NCBI GenBank assembly: GCA_012295275.1
Contig: CM022671.1
Coordinates: 13,082,001 to 13,146,000, forward strand
Reading direction: 5' to 3'
DNA: 64,000 nucleotides
Source of the DNA: Chrysomallon squamiferum
Taxonomy: Eukaryota > Animalia > Mollusca
Under the pieces are notes generated by a model. That model was not told where the DNA came from. It did not search any database and saw nothing but the letters and a program-made list of their open reading frames with translations. Below, one piece after another: positions 41,931 to 55,342 of this stretch. Both the position numbers and the translations under genes were made by a program. Each line of letters opens with the position of its first letter. Within the stretch, counting starts at the first letter, position 1.

Positions 41931-43341
41931 TTTAAACTGGTCATTTCTAATTCATAAACATTTCATTTCCGTTACAAAACAAGCAACCAATAATAAACAA
42001 TTTTACATCAATTTCATCTATCTATTAAAATACAAAACGAAAAAAAAATGAAAGAAAAGAAAAATGGCTTGCTTCTGTAAGAGAATACGACAAAAATATT
42101 ATAAATAACTAATTCAGCAAATATAATTTTTAACAAAACATATTTTACATATGAGTAATTTACTTATATTCAGTAAATAGAGTATTAGAACGTTACATTT
42201 ATCATTAACTTTTCGAATTCAACCGTATTCAGCTTAAACATGTACAAGATATCTGCTACTGATCATATTTACCTTATGCACACATACATATTCAGATTGT
42301 GCACATATTATACAATATATGTGACATAGTATATTAATAGTGTGTACACTAAAGATATTATGACCTGCAAATACTTTGGCTATGACTGAAAAAGTTTATA
42401 CGAAGGACCAAATCATTGGGAATACTTTTAGATAAATACCTTCTTTTTTAATTATTTAGATTCACTATATTCGATACATAGATTATTTCGATATTTGTCA
42501 TATTTGCATACTTTATGCGATAAGCAATATCCATACTACAATAATACCTCAGATTAAAGATGTAATTGGTTCCAAAACTTCCAATAATTAAGTGAGGTAA
42601 GCGGGAGACTAATTTACATAGAATTAAGGTTAAAAGCAGTGGTTACTTTCTCGCTGATGAGATCTGACATAAAAAAAAGAGGTGAAATAAGGAGAAATAA
42701 AACGGCAGTTTAGACATAAATGATTTAATAGATTGTAGATATTAAATAAACAGTAAATCATTTACAAATCAATTTATACAAATACATTAAGAAATAAGTA
42801 TATGCCGCTCATTGTGGGTTTTGGTTTCATTTAAGATGATGTATTTTGTTTCTAAAGTTATTATCTTCCGTTTCTTTTATCATCAGCATTTGCCGGTATA
42901 CTGTTATTCGTTTTGACATATTGGAAGGGTAAATTACAAACAAGTTTAAGTCTAAATCGAAGCAGAAGACAAAAGAGAATCAGAATATCAGATGCACATA
43001 TGACCTGTCAACTGATCAACACAACTGAGAGAAGCTCGTGAATGAACGAAAAATTAAAGAAAAAGGACTTAAAAACATGCACTGTATACATTTGTATCAT
43101 TTATTTCGAGCAATTAACTATTAAATTAAATTTCTATTTATATAATTTGTAAAGAAGAAAGATTGTTAAAGCGTGTTATCGTTAAGCGAGATGTTACTGT
43201 ATTTATACAATAATAATCGCTTTCCAAATAATCTGGAGCAGTTCATTAAAATGACTGAGGTAAAACCAAACATGTCAATAAGACCACTGAACCACATTTA
43301 GCCTTTCTACGAAATGGGATTCTACCATATGGGACTAAGCC
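41519..43341 (+). mobile_element. Non-autonomous MULE-like element, copy A (~1.8 kb)
   Basis: Left end ggtgtcttcccatttggtagattcccagttcgtataattcccatttcgtagaaa; right end tttctacgaaatgggattctaccatatgggactaagcc (inverted, ~15-bp subterminal repeats, GG...CC termini). Homologous throughout to copies B and C; many CpGs retained; no clear TSD. Confidence 0.88.
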
Positions 43342-43849
43342 ATAACAATGTGTAAGAAATACCATGACTGCACATATGAAAGTGATGAAGCTTTAGGCAG
43401 GTGTGTGTGTGTGTTGGGGGGCGGGTTGTTTGAAGGAATGTTGATCATAAATCAGAAAAAAAATGAAGGAAGAAGAAAATATTTATCCTTAGTGCCAAAA
43501 AAAAAAAAAAAAAAGTATTGCAAGTTAAGTATGCAAACATATGAAATAGGTTTCATTACAAAGTATAAAATAATCAGTCTGCAAACAATAACTAGGTGTA
43601 TTCATCATCCCTGGATTTGCACATAACACCAATATTTTACAACAACGTGTGAAGTCCTTAATTATTGCTAAATATAATTCAGATTTGATATATATAAGTG
43701 GTAATTTAATGCGAAAATGTATAAAATATTAAACATATCTTGTCTGTTAAAGATAAAAACAAAATATGAAATTTCTTCAGTTTTCATTTCATGTAAGATA
43801 TGAATTCACAACATTAAAAGCTACATGGACTCATTCACATGGTACTGTT

Positions 43850-46052
43850 GTTATATTTTAAGATGTGCAAAACATGTTTTCAGATCCTATCCAGGATTTT
43901 AGGCTTTTGATCATTTCAAGAAGTATCTTTCTTATGATCATGTATAAATTTAAGAAACCAGTATTTAGTTGTTTCATCTTATATCTGATCTTGGGTCTTT
44001 AAAATGGTGATGCCTGCTTCTTTTTGCTGTGAAATTGGTGTTGAACATCATGGTCTGATGATTGGTGGGTGATCCAGTATTTTCAGTTCATCTAATGCAT
44101 ACAGCATTTGCTTATTTCTGTTTACTGAAAGAAAGGAACATTTTTTTCAAAAAGATCAATAAATATATAAATAAATAAAAATTAAAAAAAGTTACATACA
44201 TTTTGTTTACTGCAACAACAACAACAAAAAAGAAAAGTAAATAAATAAATGTGTGTGTTTAGTTTTTGTGTTGAGTTTTGTCATTTACTCACAAATGTAT
44301 GTTTTAAATACAAACATAGAAAGAAATTTTAACTAAATGTAATTAACTTTCACCAGAAATGATTTTTCTTTTTAATTTCTTTTTATTTTGTTTTATTGCA
44401 TTTTTTTTTTTTTTTTTTATGTATACTAGTCATAATTTATTAATGCAGTAATTACTATGAAAAAAAACTATATTTATTTAAATGTCAGCTGACTATTGTA
44501 ATGAACTATTAAAAATTGGTTGAAGAAATGGAAAAGAATATAGTTATTTGAAAATTTTCTTGTAATAACTTTGATATTTTCAAAGAGACAAGGTGTTAAT
44601 GCCATTCAGGAATTTGTAACAGAGAATGTGCAACAAAGCATTTTAACCTGATGAGCTGGGCTTGTAAGACGTTAAATCTGGCCAGTTTTAGAAATGGTTT
44701 CAAGCATCTAATAAACCGTGTTCTTTTCTTTGTTTTTCCAGTCATTTTGGCATAATGATAAGGCAGCCTAGTTTACATAATCAGTTGCTGCAAATATGGT
44801 AAATAGTTGTGGGTCATTTTGTTTTGTTTTTATTTTTAAAAGAAAGAACATATTTCAATTTAAAAATATTACTACATAATATGAAGTCATTAAAAATTTC
44901 AGACAAGAAAAGGAAAACAAAGAAAAAAAATCAGAAACTTACAAAATGTAAGCCCCTTTTCTTTAAATATTAAAATTAAATATTAAAAATACATGAATTT
45001 ATAATTAATAATCTTACATTATATTTTTGGAATAATAGAAGTACTGTTAATGCCAGTGCTTAATAAAGGAAACTATAATTTATTAGGAATTAGATGGAAT
45101 GATCTCTGTTTTTAATAAGTGCAGCAATAAAAATTGTTGAAAGAGATACTTCATTATTTTCTGTTTAAATTTTCTAATTATAATTTGTTTAGGCAGTTTT
45201 TCATTTTAAAATGCAAAGAAAAAAGAGAGATTTAGGATCAAATATCAAGGTATAACCAGAATTGTAATCTCACCAATGTTTAAAAGTACTCTTTGTAATG
45301 TCTGTGTATTTAGTCTGTTATTAGGTGCTCCAAAAATGCTGTATTTCTATTCTTCCATAATGTTTTGAGCTAATTTTATTGACATTTTTGATGCTTGATT
45401 TATTCTTTTGAGGTTCTAACTGAATTAAAAACTGGTTAATTAGAATATTTGTATTTACTGCATGAATGTTACCTCATATTGTGAAAAATGCATTTAATCT
45501 TAATCATTAGTGCCTTGGGGTACCTGCCATATTTCTAGGGATAGTTCATCAAATATCTAGAATATCATTCATACATTAGTATTTACATTCAGGGGCTTTC
45601 TTCACATAAAACACACTTGGACAGACAAAAGTTTGATATTGTAGCTTTAATTGTGTATCCAACATAAACGTTTCTGCCACATGAAAATAAATCTCTTGAC
45701 TATTATTGAATAACTCATCCCTTTCAAAAAGATAGCAGCAGAAAGATAAATATTTCATCTTTTAAAAATCAGCTGATTCACTCTCAAGTCAGAAAGCAAC
45801 TGATCAAGCCATTTGTCCACAACCAGAAACTCCTGAATTCTGTTTCAAGGTTCTTGCTGATTAGAAAAATTAACTTTCTTTTCATAAGATGTTGATTTAG
45901 TTACATAAAAATTACAATTTAAGTGATTAAATCTGGGTTCAGATGACATGCGAATCAATTATGTATACATGATCTAACTCTGCCTCCACCTTGGTTAATA
46001 AATCAAAAAAGTTAATTAGGCACAACAATTCTTGGCATAATATTAGAAAAGA
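43850..46052 (-). pseudogene. Decayed, intron-split CxC5/CxC6-type KDZ (Kyakuja-Dileera-Zisupton) transposase
   Basis: ORF 45576-45758 FNNSQEIYFHVAETFMLDTQLKLQYQTFVCPSVFY aligns ungapped to the remembered animal CxC5 motif F.SSQETAFE...L..FD.ELLIGQ.SY...A.IY. Downstream and in order: FKHW..GYTLIFD (cf. W..GC..LVIDG), DA*NHF*NWPD (cf. DxxHFKNHxD) and KFLNGINT (cf. L.GVNT..CEQ). AG acceptors at 46053-46054, ~45420 and ~44125. Confidence 0.55.
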
Positions 46053-46368
46053 CTGTATAAATATTTACAGGTATAAATTAATAAAACTTCAGTTATTTAC
46101 TAATATAAACACACAAATAAACCAGGTGCTGCTGACAAATTTAATATAATTTTCAGACAACATGTATGCTACCACTAGCAAAATAAATCATAGCTGAGGT
46201 AAAAACACAAGAATTAAACTAATTACCAGTTATTATTAACTTATGTACTTCATAAAATAATTCATAAAATATAATTTTTGTAAATATGAAAATAATGGTA
46301 AATTTATTTTCCCAATTTTTATTCTTCTGCAAGTATTTGATCTTTTGAGTGTTTACTACATAATACTA

Positions 46369-46815
46369 CAGTGGTACCTCAAGTTACGAGTGCTCCAACT
46401 TATGAGTTTTCCAAGATATGAGCAGTTGGCCAGTTGATTTTTTGCTCTGAGTTGCAATCCAAACTCCAATTCACGAGCAAGCTTCATATATGCCACCACT
46501 AGTTTGCACAATGAACAACATAACATCCGCCCACCATCCTGCATCGCACTCATTTGCTTCAGGTGGTTACCTCGCCATGGAAGCATCTCTGTTGTGTTGT
46601 AATCGTGTTTTGTGCAGTATTTTGCCATATTTCCATGGATCCTAAGAAAGTGAGTGCAAAAGACAGTGCTGAGAAGAAGAAGCAGATGATGTCCATTGAA
46701 ATAAAGCATGAAGATACAGAAAAACATGAGTGAGGCAGTATGAGTGTAGTACTTTTACGATGTACCATACCGAAGCCGTAACTCCAGCCAAAGGCATTAA
46801 AATAATTCCTAAGCT
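46369..46815 (+). mobile_element. Tigger/pogo transposon 5' fragment
   Basis: ta|cagtggtacctcaagttacgagt TIR. ATG at 46635 gives MDPKKVSAKDSAEKKKQMMSIEIKHEDTEKHE*G and later AVTPAKGIKII, the characteristic Tigger/TIGD1-like N-terminal HTH region. Truncated, with no 3' TIR found. Confidence 0.93.
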
Positions 46816-49800
46816 GTGGACCTCTGTCCATGAAAAGATGGAGAAACCCTAGACCTGTACACTTTTACAAAACCAATTTATTTCTTTACATTCTCTGTTA
46901 TTTCTACTTGTGTAAATGGAAGTCAGAATCTTGTTTCAAATAAGACATGACCAGATAAACTGAGTTTTTTCAGTGCAGTATTGAGTCTTGTCAGGTTGAT
47001 TTCTTCTGTGACAAATCTGGTGCCACTGATATGTTTACACTGTTATAGTCAGATCTAGGTGGTGTTGGTGTATCTAAAGAAATAGCTGAGGTATTTTTAG
47101 CTGATTTAATTTTTTCATCTTTATTATTATGATTATTATTAAATATATCTTGAAAATAAAAAGTCAAATCCATCAGTGCTGCTGCTCTCTAAGTGATACT
47201 GTGGATCTACCCTTGAGTCTCATAGGTAAGATGTTGTGTTTTGTTTGTGATATTTTCCATAATACTGTCATATACAGTAGTTAGTTCATTATACAAGATT
47301 GCACTGTCTTAGTAAACATGTCCTGTTATATAATATTACATTGTGGAAGAAGAAAATTTGTTATTGTGAACTATACTTTAACATTAATTTGTCACTGTTT
47401 TAATTATTATATGAAGGTCTTATATTTACTAATATTATTATAAGCAAACAGATTTTCTGTTTAAACAACCATAATAGTGGCTGCTAAAGTAAAATCTGTA
47501 TTAGAAAATTAGAGATACACATACAATTAAATGCATAAATGACTTAAATATACATATTTTATCTGTTTATCTGTCTCTAATTATATATACACATATTATA
47601 TTCATAATCTTTAACTTGTGCTAACAAGTATCAGATGTTTATCCTAATAGGCTATCTCTTTACATAATAAAATCATTCTCTATTTAATTTAAAATCACTG
47701 TATTTACATGAGAAACATAAGGCAATTACTAATCAAATCTTACCACAAATATTTATACAAGTGCATCAAGTGAATATTTTCCTTACATTTGATTAAAACT
47801 TTGTAAAAAAAGAAAGTATAATGTTTTTCTTAAGAATTTTTTTTTCTAACAAAAATGAAATGATTTCTAAGAAAAATAAAATGGTTTCTAAGCAGATTAA
47901 TATGAATTTACAGTATTTAGGGAGGCAGCAATCAAGTAATGGTGACATCAACAAGTCTCATCTGTAATGGTATTTAATATACTGGCTCAGTAACATCATG
48001 GCAATTAGTAAATGGAGACACAAGTTGTTTGAAAAAGCATCCAGATCAATAAAGCCTCATGGAAACTGTGGAGACAAGAAGTGGCCAACAAAATTAGGAA
48101 AGTAGCATTTGACAGTCACTGTATGAATTCATCAGACTAATTTGTTTGTACAATAACCCATGAAAAAACATAATTGTCATCTGTTAATATGGCATGGTGT
48201 AGTGCGATCAGCAGTTTACTTTATCTGAAGGTTGTATTGTGATGCCACTTTATGACAAACATGACTTCTTTTTATATTTTTTTACATAAATAAGCAGATA
48301 TTTAATTTGCCAAAAAAGTAAATTCATGAGGGAAATTGCATCATTTTATATTTTTGGCAATAAGAAAAAAAATTGTATTTATAAAAAAAAAGGAACCCAG
48401 CATTATTATTATTATTATTATTATATATTTTTTAACATATATATTGTTTATCTTAAAGAAACCATTTTAATTGTAAAAATATTATTTAATGAGAAAGTGA
48501 AAGTTCTGTTCATTGCAAAATTGGCTCCCTTTTTTTCTTTTTAACTTCAAGAGTCTTAAGTGAAAAAAGTAGTTTTGTGATTATCAAATTTCAGCTTCAG
48601 TTAAAAGATTTTATAGTAATAATGTTCCTTTCACTTTGCATTTTCAAATACAGTTTACAACAGAATTATGGTTTCTTTTCAGTCGAATTCTAAATGTCAG
48701 TTGTCATTATTTACTCTTTGCAAACAAATACAGAATAACACTAAAATAAACAATTTCAGTGTTAACTCATAACTCATAATAGGTTTATATTTGTTATTTT
48801 TACTTTGAAACTAATTCATATCTCTGTAATGGTCATGTAGGCAACACATTTCATAATGTTCATTTCCTCAGATGATGAACTAGTCACTCTAAGTGATTAG
48901 AGCTATGAAATAACTTCTGTATATAACAGTGAGATTCAATTGCAATTAAAAAATGCAATAAATAACTTTTTTTATCTCCCTCTTTTTATTAGGTCTTTTA
49001 TTAAATGATTTATTAATTCAGAATAATATTCACATTTGATTGCACATTATTGTCAAAGTTTTTTCACTTCATTCAGTGCAGCTGTTTACACATGCACATT
49101 CACAGTCAATCCAGTTTTCAATGCAAATTATCTCAAACTGGAAGATTTCACAATAAAAAGGAAAACATATTTTTTAAATTCTTGTTTTGTGAAATGAAAA
49201 TTAACATCATTTAATTGGTTTACTTCTCATTAAAAAAATTAAATAAAAAAATAAAAAAATAAAAATATTTTTATTTGGATCATTAAATAATTTATTTTAT
49301 AATATTTTATTTTTTTTAAAGAAGAAGAAGAAGAAAAAAAGGAATTGTAATTGACCCATCATAAACCATTTCTTTTAGTAAAACTTTTATTGTAAAATAA
49401 AAGTTCTGATTATAAGGAAATGTTTTTATTTTCTTAAATATTATAATTTTTAGAATAATACTTGTATATAAGAAATGCATCTGATAATTCCTGTATGGAA
49501 CGTAAGTATGTCACTATAAGTGAAAATATTAACACTGAAAAAGGCCTAGGTCAGCAATTGCGAGTGTTGTGAGCATGCACACATGCATTTGCCTACATAT
49601 GTGTTTGTGTGTGTGTATGTTTAAATGTTGATTATATATCTAAGAAGAGTATTCATACATTTTAATTGGTTGTTATAGCCTTAAAAATAAATCAGACCAG
49701 ACAAAAATCTTGTTTGTACTCTAGTAGTTAAATACCACTTAACTATCAGAACAAAACTGTTGGAAGACTCTGTAACTTTAATTATTTATATTTTTAAAAC

Positions 49801-50116
49801 ATATTTCTTAATAGTTTTAATTAATTTATATTAGTGTCATCATTTTATAAAAAAGAAAACTGGATTGTTGTATAATAAATTAAGTTAAAAAGATAAAAGA
49901 CAGAAAATCTAATTATAACTATGCTTTCTTATTTGTTTTTATTATTATTATTTAAAAAGTTATTAATTAATAAAGTTAACAAGGTTTCTTTGATAAGCTT
50001 TTTACAAAGAATAGGCATTACTTATTCTTTGTAAGACGTTTCTGCTTCTGTAACCTGACCATTCTCAGAAGTTGCTCTGTAACGCATAGTATAAAAATGA
50101 AGGTATTCGTATCAAA

Positions 50117-51588
50117 GGTTTCTTTCCATCAGGCAGAATTCCCAGTTCATAAAGTTCCCAATTCATCGAAATAACTCATCTACCCAAATACCTGATTACC
50201 CCTGAATGTAATGAACTTGGCCTTTTCATGTTCACACAAGTTTTGATTATAGAATGGACATTGGTTTATTTACCAATATGCATAAATCTGGTTTCTTTAT
50301 TCTTCTTTTGCTGCGATAAAGTTGACACTTGATTCAACATTTTGTTTTTGTAAATTGATTATGTAACATCAACCGAAAGCAGAACAAGTGTTCACTACTC
50401 ATTTGTTGTAGATTAATTACTTTTCCAATCACAGCCAAGATGTTGCAGGTCATGAGATCGATCTTCTTCTTCTTATTAGTATTATTATTACCATCACAAT
50501 CATCATAATCATCATCAACATTATTATTATTTAATCTAGTCATTTCTAATTCATCAACATTACATAAATTTTATGGTCAGTTAAAAACACATTTCATTAA
50601 ACATGCATCACAGAGAAGTTTCTGGATTGGTTCAATATTATTTTAACACTGTACTTGTTTCTGAACTTACTGAAACATCAGACACACCTGTTTTAAATAT
50701 ATTTTTAGATGAATATGTTCTTTTTTAATTATTTACATTCAGCTACATTCAGTACATGGACTATTTCGATATTTTAATATTTGCATACTTTATGTGATAA
50801 GCGATATCCATACAACAGTAATACCTTGGATTAACGATGTGATTGGTTCCAAATTTCCAATTGTTAAGTGAGGTATCATTAGGCAGGAGACTAATTTACA
50901 AAGAATTAAGGTTAAAAACACTGGTTATGTTCTTTGCGATTGAAATTTGACATAAAAAGATGTTAAATAAGGAGAAACAAAACGGCAATTTAAACATAAA
51001 TGTTTTAATACATTATAGATATTAAACCAACAGTAAATCATTTACAGATGAATTTGCACAAATGCATTAAGAAATAATTATATGTCGCTCATTGTGGGTT
51101 TTGTGTTCATTTAAGATAATGTATTTTGTTTCTAAAGTTATTTCTTATGTTTCTTTTTATCGCTGCTGTACTGTTATTCGTTTTGACAAATGAAAAGGTA
51201 AATTACAAAAGCGTTAAGTCTAAATAGAAACAGAAGAGAAAAGAGAATCTGAACATTACATGTATAAATGATGTCAAATGATCAACACAGGTGAGGGAAG
51301 CTAGTGAATGAACAAAAAACGAATGAAAACAACTCAAACACATGCATTGTACCATTTGTATCATTTATTTCAAGCAATTAACTATTAAATTTATATTTAT
51401 ATAATTTGTAAAAAAAAAAAAAAAAAAAAAAGTTAAAGCGGGATATTGTTAAGTGAGGTATTACTGTATCTGTACAATAATAATCGCTTTCCAAATAATC
51501 TGGAACAGTTCATTATAATGACTGAGGTAAAAACATGCATGTCAATAAGTCCACCATATGGGGAATTCAACCATATGGGGACTAAGCC
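50117..51588 (+). mobile_element. Non-autonomous MULE-like element, copy B (more diverged, internally rearranged)
   Basis: Starts ggtttctttccatcaggcagaattcccagttc, ends ccatatggggactaagcc; homologous to copy A. Flanks gtatcaaa / atatcaac (8 bp, 6/8) are a candidate TSD. Confidence 0.88.
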
Positions 51589-51613
51589 ATATCAACAGCT
51601 TTACTACTATGAA

Positions 51614-53090
51614 GGCTTACTCCCATCTGGTCGAAAGGCTAAATGTGGTGCAGTTGTCCTACTGACATGCATGTCTTTACCTCAGTCATTATAATGAACT
51701 GTTCCAGGTTATTTGGAAAGCGATTATTATTGTATAAATACAGTAATATCTCGCTTAACGATATCCTGCTTTAACAATCTTTTTTCTTCACAAATTACAT
51801 AGTTATATAGAAATTTAATAGTTAATTGCTTGAAATAAATGATACAAATGGATACAATGCAAGGTTTTAAGTCTGTTTTCTTTCGTTTTTCGTTCATTCA
51901 CGAGCTTCTCTCAGTTGTGTTGATCAGCTGACACGTCATACGTGCATCTGATATTCTGATTCACTTTTCTCTTCTGCTTCGATTTAGACTTAAACTCGTT
52001 TGTAATTTACCCTTCCAATATGTCAAAACGAATAACAGTATACTGGCAAATGCTGATGATAAAAAGAAATGGAAGACAATAACTTTAAAAACAAAATACA
52101 TTATCTTAAATGAAACCAAAACCCACAAAAATGAACCCACAATGAGTGGCATATAATTATTTTGTAATGTATTTGTATAAACTGATTTGTAAATGATTTA
52201 CTATTTACTTAATATCTATAATCTATTAAATCACTTATGTCTAAACTGCCATTTTATTTCTCCTTAATTCAACTTTTTATTATTTTTTTTTGTCAAATTT
52301 CAACAGCGAGAAAGTAACCACTGCTTTTAACCTTAATTCTATGTAAATTAGTCTTCCGCTTACTTCACTTAACTATTAGAAATTTGGAACCAATTACATC
52401 TTTAATCTGAGGTATTACTGTAGTATGGATATCACTTATCTCATAAAGTATGCAAATATGACAAATATCAAAATAATCTATGTATCAAATGTATCGAATG
52501 TAAATAATTATAAAAGAAGGTATTCATCTAAAAGTATTCCCAATGATTTGGTCCTTTGAATAAACTTTTTCAGTCATAGCCAAAGTATTTGCAGGTCATA
52601 ATATCTTTAGTGTACCATACTATTAATATACTATGTCACATAGATTGTATAATATGTGCACAATGTGAGTATGTATGTGTGAATAACGTAAATATGCTGA
52701 GTAACATATATCTTGAACATGTTTAAGCTGAATGTGGTTTAATTCGAACAGTTAATGATAAATGTAATTTTCACATATTCTGTTTACTGCATATAAAATA
52801 CTCGTATGTAAAATAACTTATTTTAAAATGATATTGCTGAATAAAATTAGTTATTTATAATATTTTTGTCGTTTTCTGTTACAGAAGCAGGCTTGCTTGA
52901 GAATTAACAAAAAACACATCATGCCACTTTAGTCTTTACTTTTATACATTTTTTTTTTTTTAATAGATGATGAAATTGATGTAAAATTGTTTATTATTGG
53001 TCGGTTGTTTTGTAAAAAAAAGAAAATGTTTATGAATTAGAAATGACCAGCTTAAATAATAAGAAGAAGAAGAATAAGAGTAATAATACA

Positions 53091-53122
<32 letters not shown>

Positions 53123-53294
53123 CAACAATAATAATAATAATAGTAATAATAGTAATAATATTATAATAATAATAATGTTTATGATGATGATAATGAGGAG
53201 GAGGAAGATGATGAAATAAAGAAAAAGTAGATGCGCTCCACATCTGAATGTTAGAAAGAAACAAACTGGGAATTCTACCAGATGGGAAGACACC
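51614..53294 (-). mobile_element. Non-autonomous MULE-like element, copy C (inverted)
   Basis: Reverse complement of copy A over ~1.7 kb, from ggcttactcccatctgg to ctgggaattctaccagatgggaagacacc. Flanks actatgaa (51606-51613) / accatgaa (53295-53302) form an 8-bp TSD with one mismatch. Confidence 0.92.
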
Positions 53295-54003
53295 ACCATG
53301 AAATAAACCACACCAATACATTCCTCATCAAATGTAGACAGTCAGAAACCCATTTCTTGTAATAAGCAGTTGTCTATCCTTTGATTTAGCTGGTAATAGT
53401 CAGACAATAACTGATGATATCAAACCAATCCAGGATCACTTTCACAGATTTAATTTTTTATTCTTTTCCTTATCATAATTATCCCACCAGGAATTACTTA
53501 ATAAGAAAGCTCTTCCCCTCCCCAAAAGAACATACTTTTTAAAAAAAAACATACCATATCAAACTTTTTGACACATGAACAAACTTGACATTGTTGGACA
53601 CCCATGAAACAGGTCTACAAAGAAAGATGTTCTGAGTGTAACAAATACTACATCATATTGTTCACTTTCGTCCTATATCTGTAATACAATGTTTATGTGT
53701 GTGTGTGTGTGTGTGTGTGTGTGATCTGTTACACATTGCTTTTTAATGGTATATCAGTAATACATTGTTCCATTACTGTGTTCTAATTCTGCCTCTGTCT
53801 ATGATTGTATTTATATTTTATTTTAAAATCAGATTTTCTGCTGTAATAACCTTGATTATGACATTACTTCATAAATCTTAATATGACAAGATAGACACAC
53901 TGTGTATTATTAATGTATTGTAAGGCCTGACAATAACCGAGGGTAATCATAGCTTCCAACGAACCATGCCCTTCTTTCTCTTTCATCTGTGTGTGTGTGT
54001 ATT

Positions 54004-55342
54004 TGTTATAGTTAATCTGTGAAACCAGTCATTATGCATAATACCTAATGCCTTTAACCAATCATTTCATTAAGTACCAGTAACAACCAAGCAAAAGGTG
54101 GACTGAATGAAAATTCTATGCATTTCACAAAATGACTGAAAATCATGCCAGCCATTACACAAAAATGACTAAGGCACTATATTCAGTACCACACCACTGA
54201 AGTCTTAATGTAAAATTTCATTTCAACTCTAATAAAATCTATTTAGAGGTTGTACATGAAGATGAAGTTGAATGTTAACCAGGTAGTCAGTGTCAAATTG
54301 TGACTAGGTGATAATTAAAACAGATGAAAACCTAATAATATTCTACACATTGTAACATTAATTATCAATAGAATGGTGCATTTATCACGGAGAAATATTA
54401 TAGCATTAGAATTTATCACTGAATCACCACATCACTAGTAGACTGGCATAGAATGTATAGAAAAAAATTAACTTTGAAAGCAGGCAGTATTTGAGTTTGC
54501 TATTTGTTCCAATACGTCTACTGCTTTTTAAGAACTTCTAGCATTCTGAAATACGCATCTTTTGGAATTAACACTTTTCTGCAAACTAGATACTTTTTTG
54601 GAAAGCTCAGATTTAAATGTATCGTCATAGGACTCTGCTATCATATAATGGTTGCAATAGAAGAACTTTTGAGTAAGTATAGAGATGAAAGTCATATGAT
54701 GCAGCAAATGGATTAGATATGGATTAGAAGAAGCCACAGAAAGTAATAATGTCTTAATCCATCTGCTTGTATAAACACAAAGCAACATTAGGTTTGAGAA
54801 TAACCAGCAAATCATTACAACTGATCAGGATGAAAGGAAACTTCTAGGTAACAATGAGAATGACAGTGTCTTTATTCTCATGACACACAGGATTACAGTA
54901 CAGAGAAGAATGTGTTACGGATACATAATACAAAAATTAAATTAACAAGATATCAATAATACTGGAGATTGTGTGGTGTTTAAAAATAAACCAGAATTAC
55001 CAGAACCTTTTTTAAGTATCATCCAAGTGTTATTAGGCATAAGGTTCTTTATTTGGAAACTGTATCAATAGTAAGTTACTGTATAATAATAAATATTTCA
55101 TGGTAAGCACCATCTTAAATTTTGTAAGCAATATTCTTAAATGTTTTGGTTCTTAAAATTTATTTTGTTCAATACTTAAGACCAAAAGTATGTACACAAG
55201 TGTCAATAATCACTTTTGTCTAATGGCTGGCCATCATATTCAGTAATTTTGCACATTGCCTGATGGTCTCAGGCACTTCATAAAATGTCTGATTTGTTTA
55301 GGCATTATGCATAATGACTGATTTCATAGATTGACTGTAACA
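54004..55342. mobile_element. 1.34-kb TIR element with TGT...ACA termini and an internal SWIM-like zinc-finger relic
   Basis: 45-bp TIRs (54004-54048 / 55298-55342), 40/45 identical, all mismatches transitions. Internal ORF 54504-54716 has FFGKLRFKCIVIGLCYHIMVA (cf. SWIM C-x-C...CYHI.A). Flanked by (TG)n and (CA)n. Confidence 0.75.

Noticed and set aside
50117-53294. A single Foldback element or assembly-induced inverted duplication
   Set aside because: The arms are clearly diverged, differ by indels, and each has its own termini and candidate TSD.
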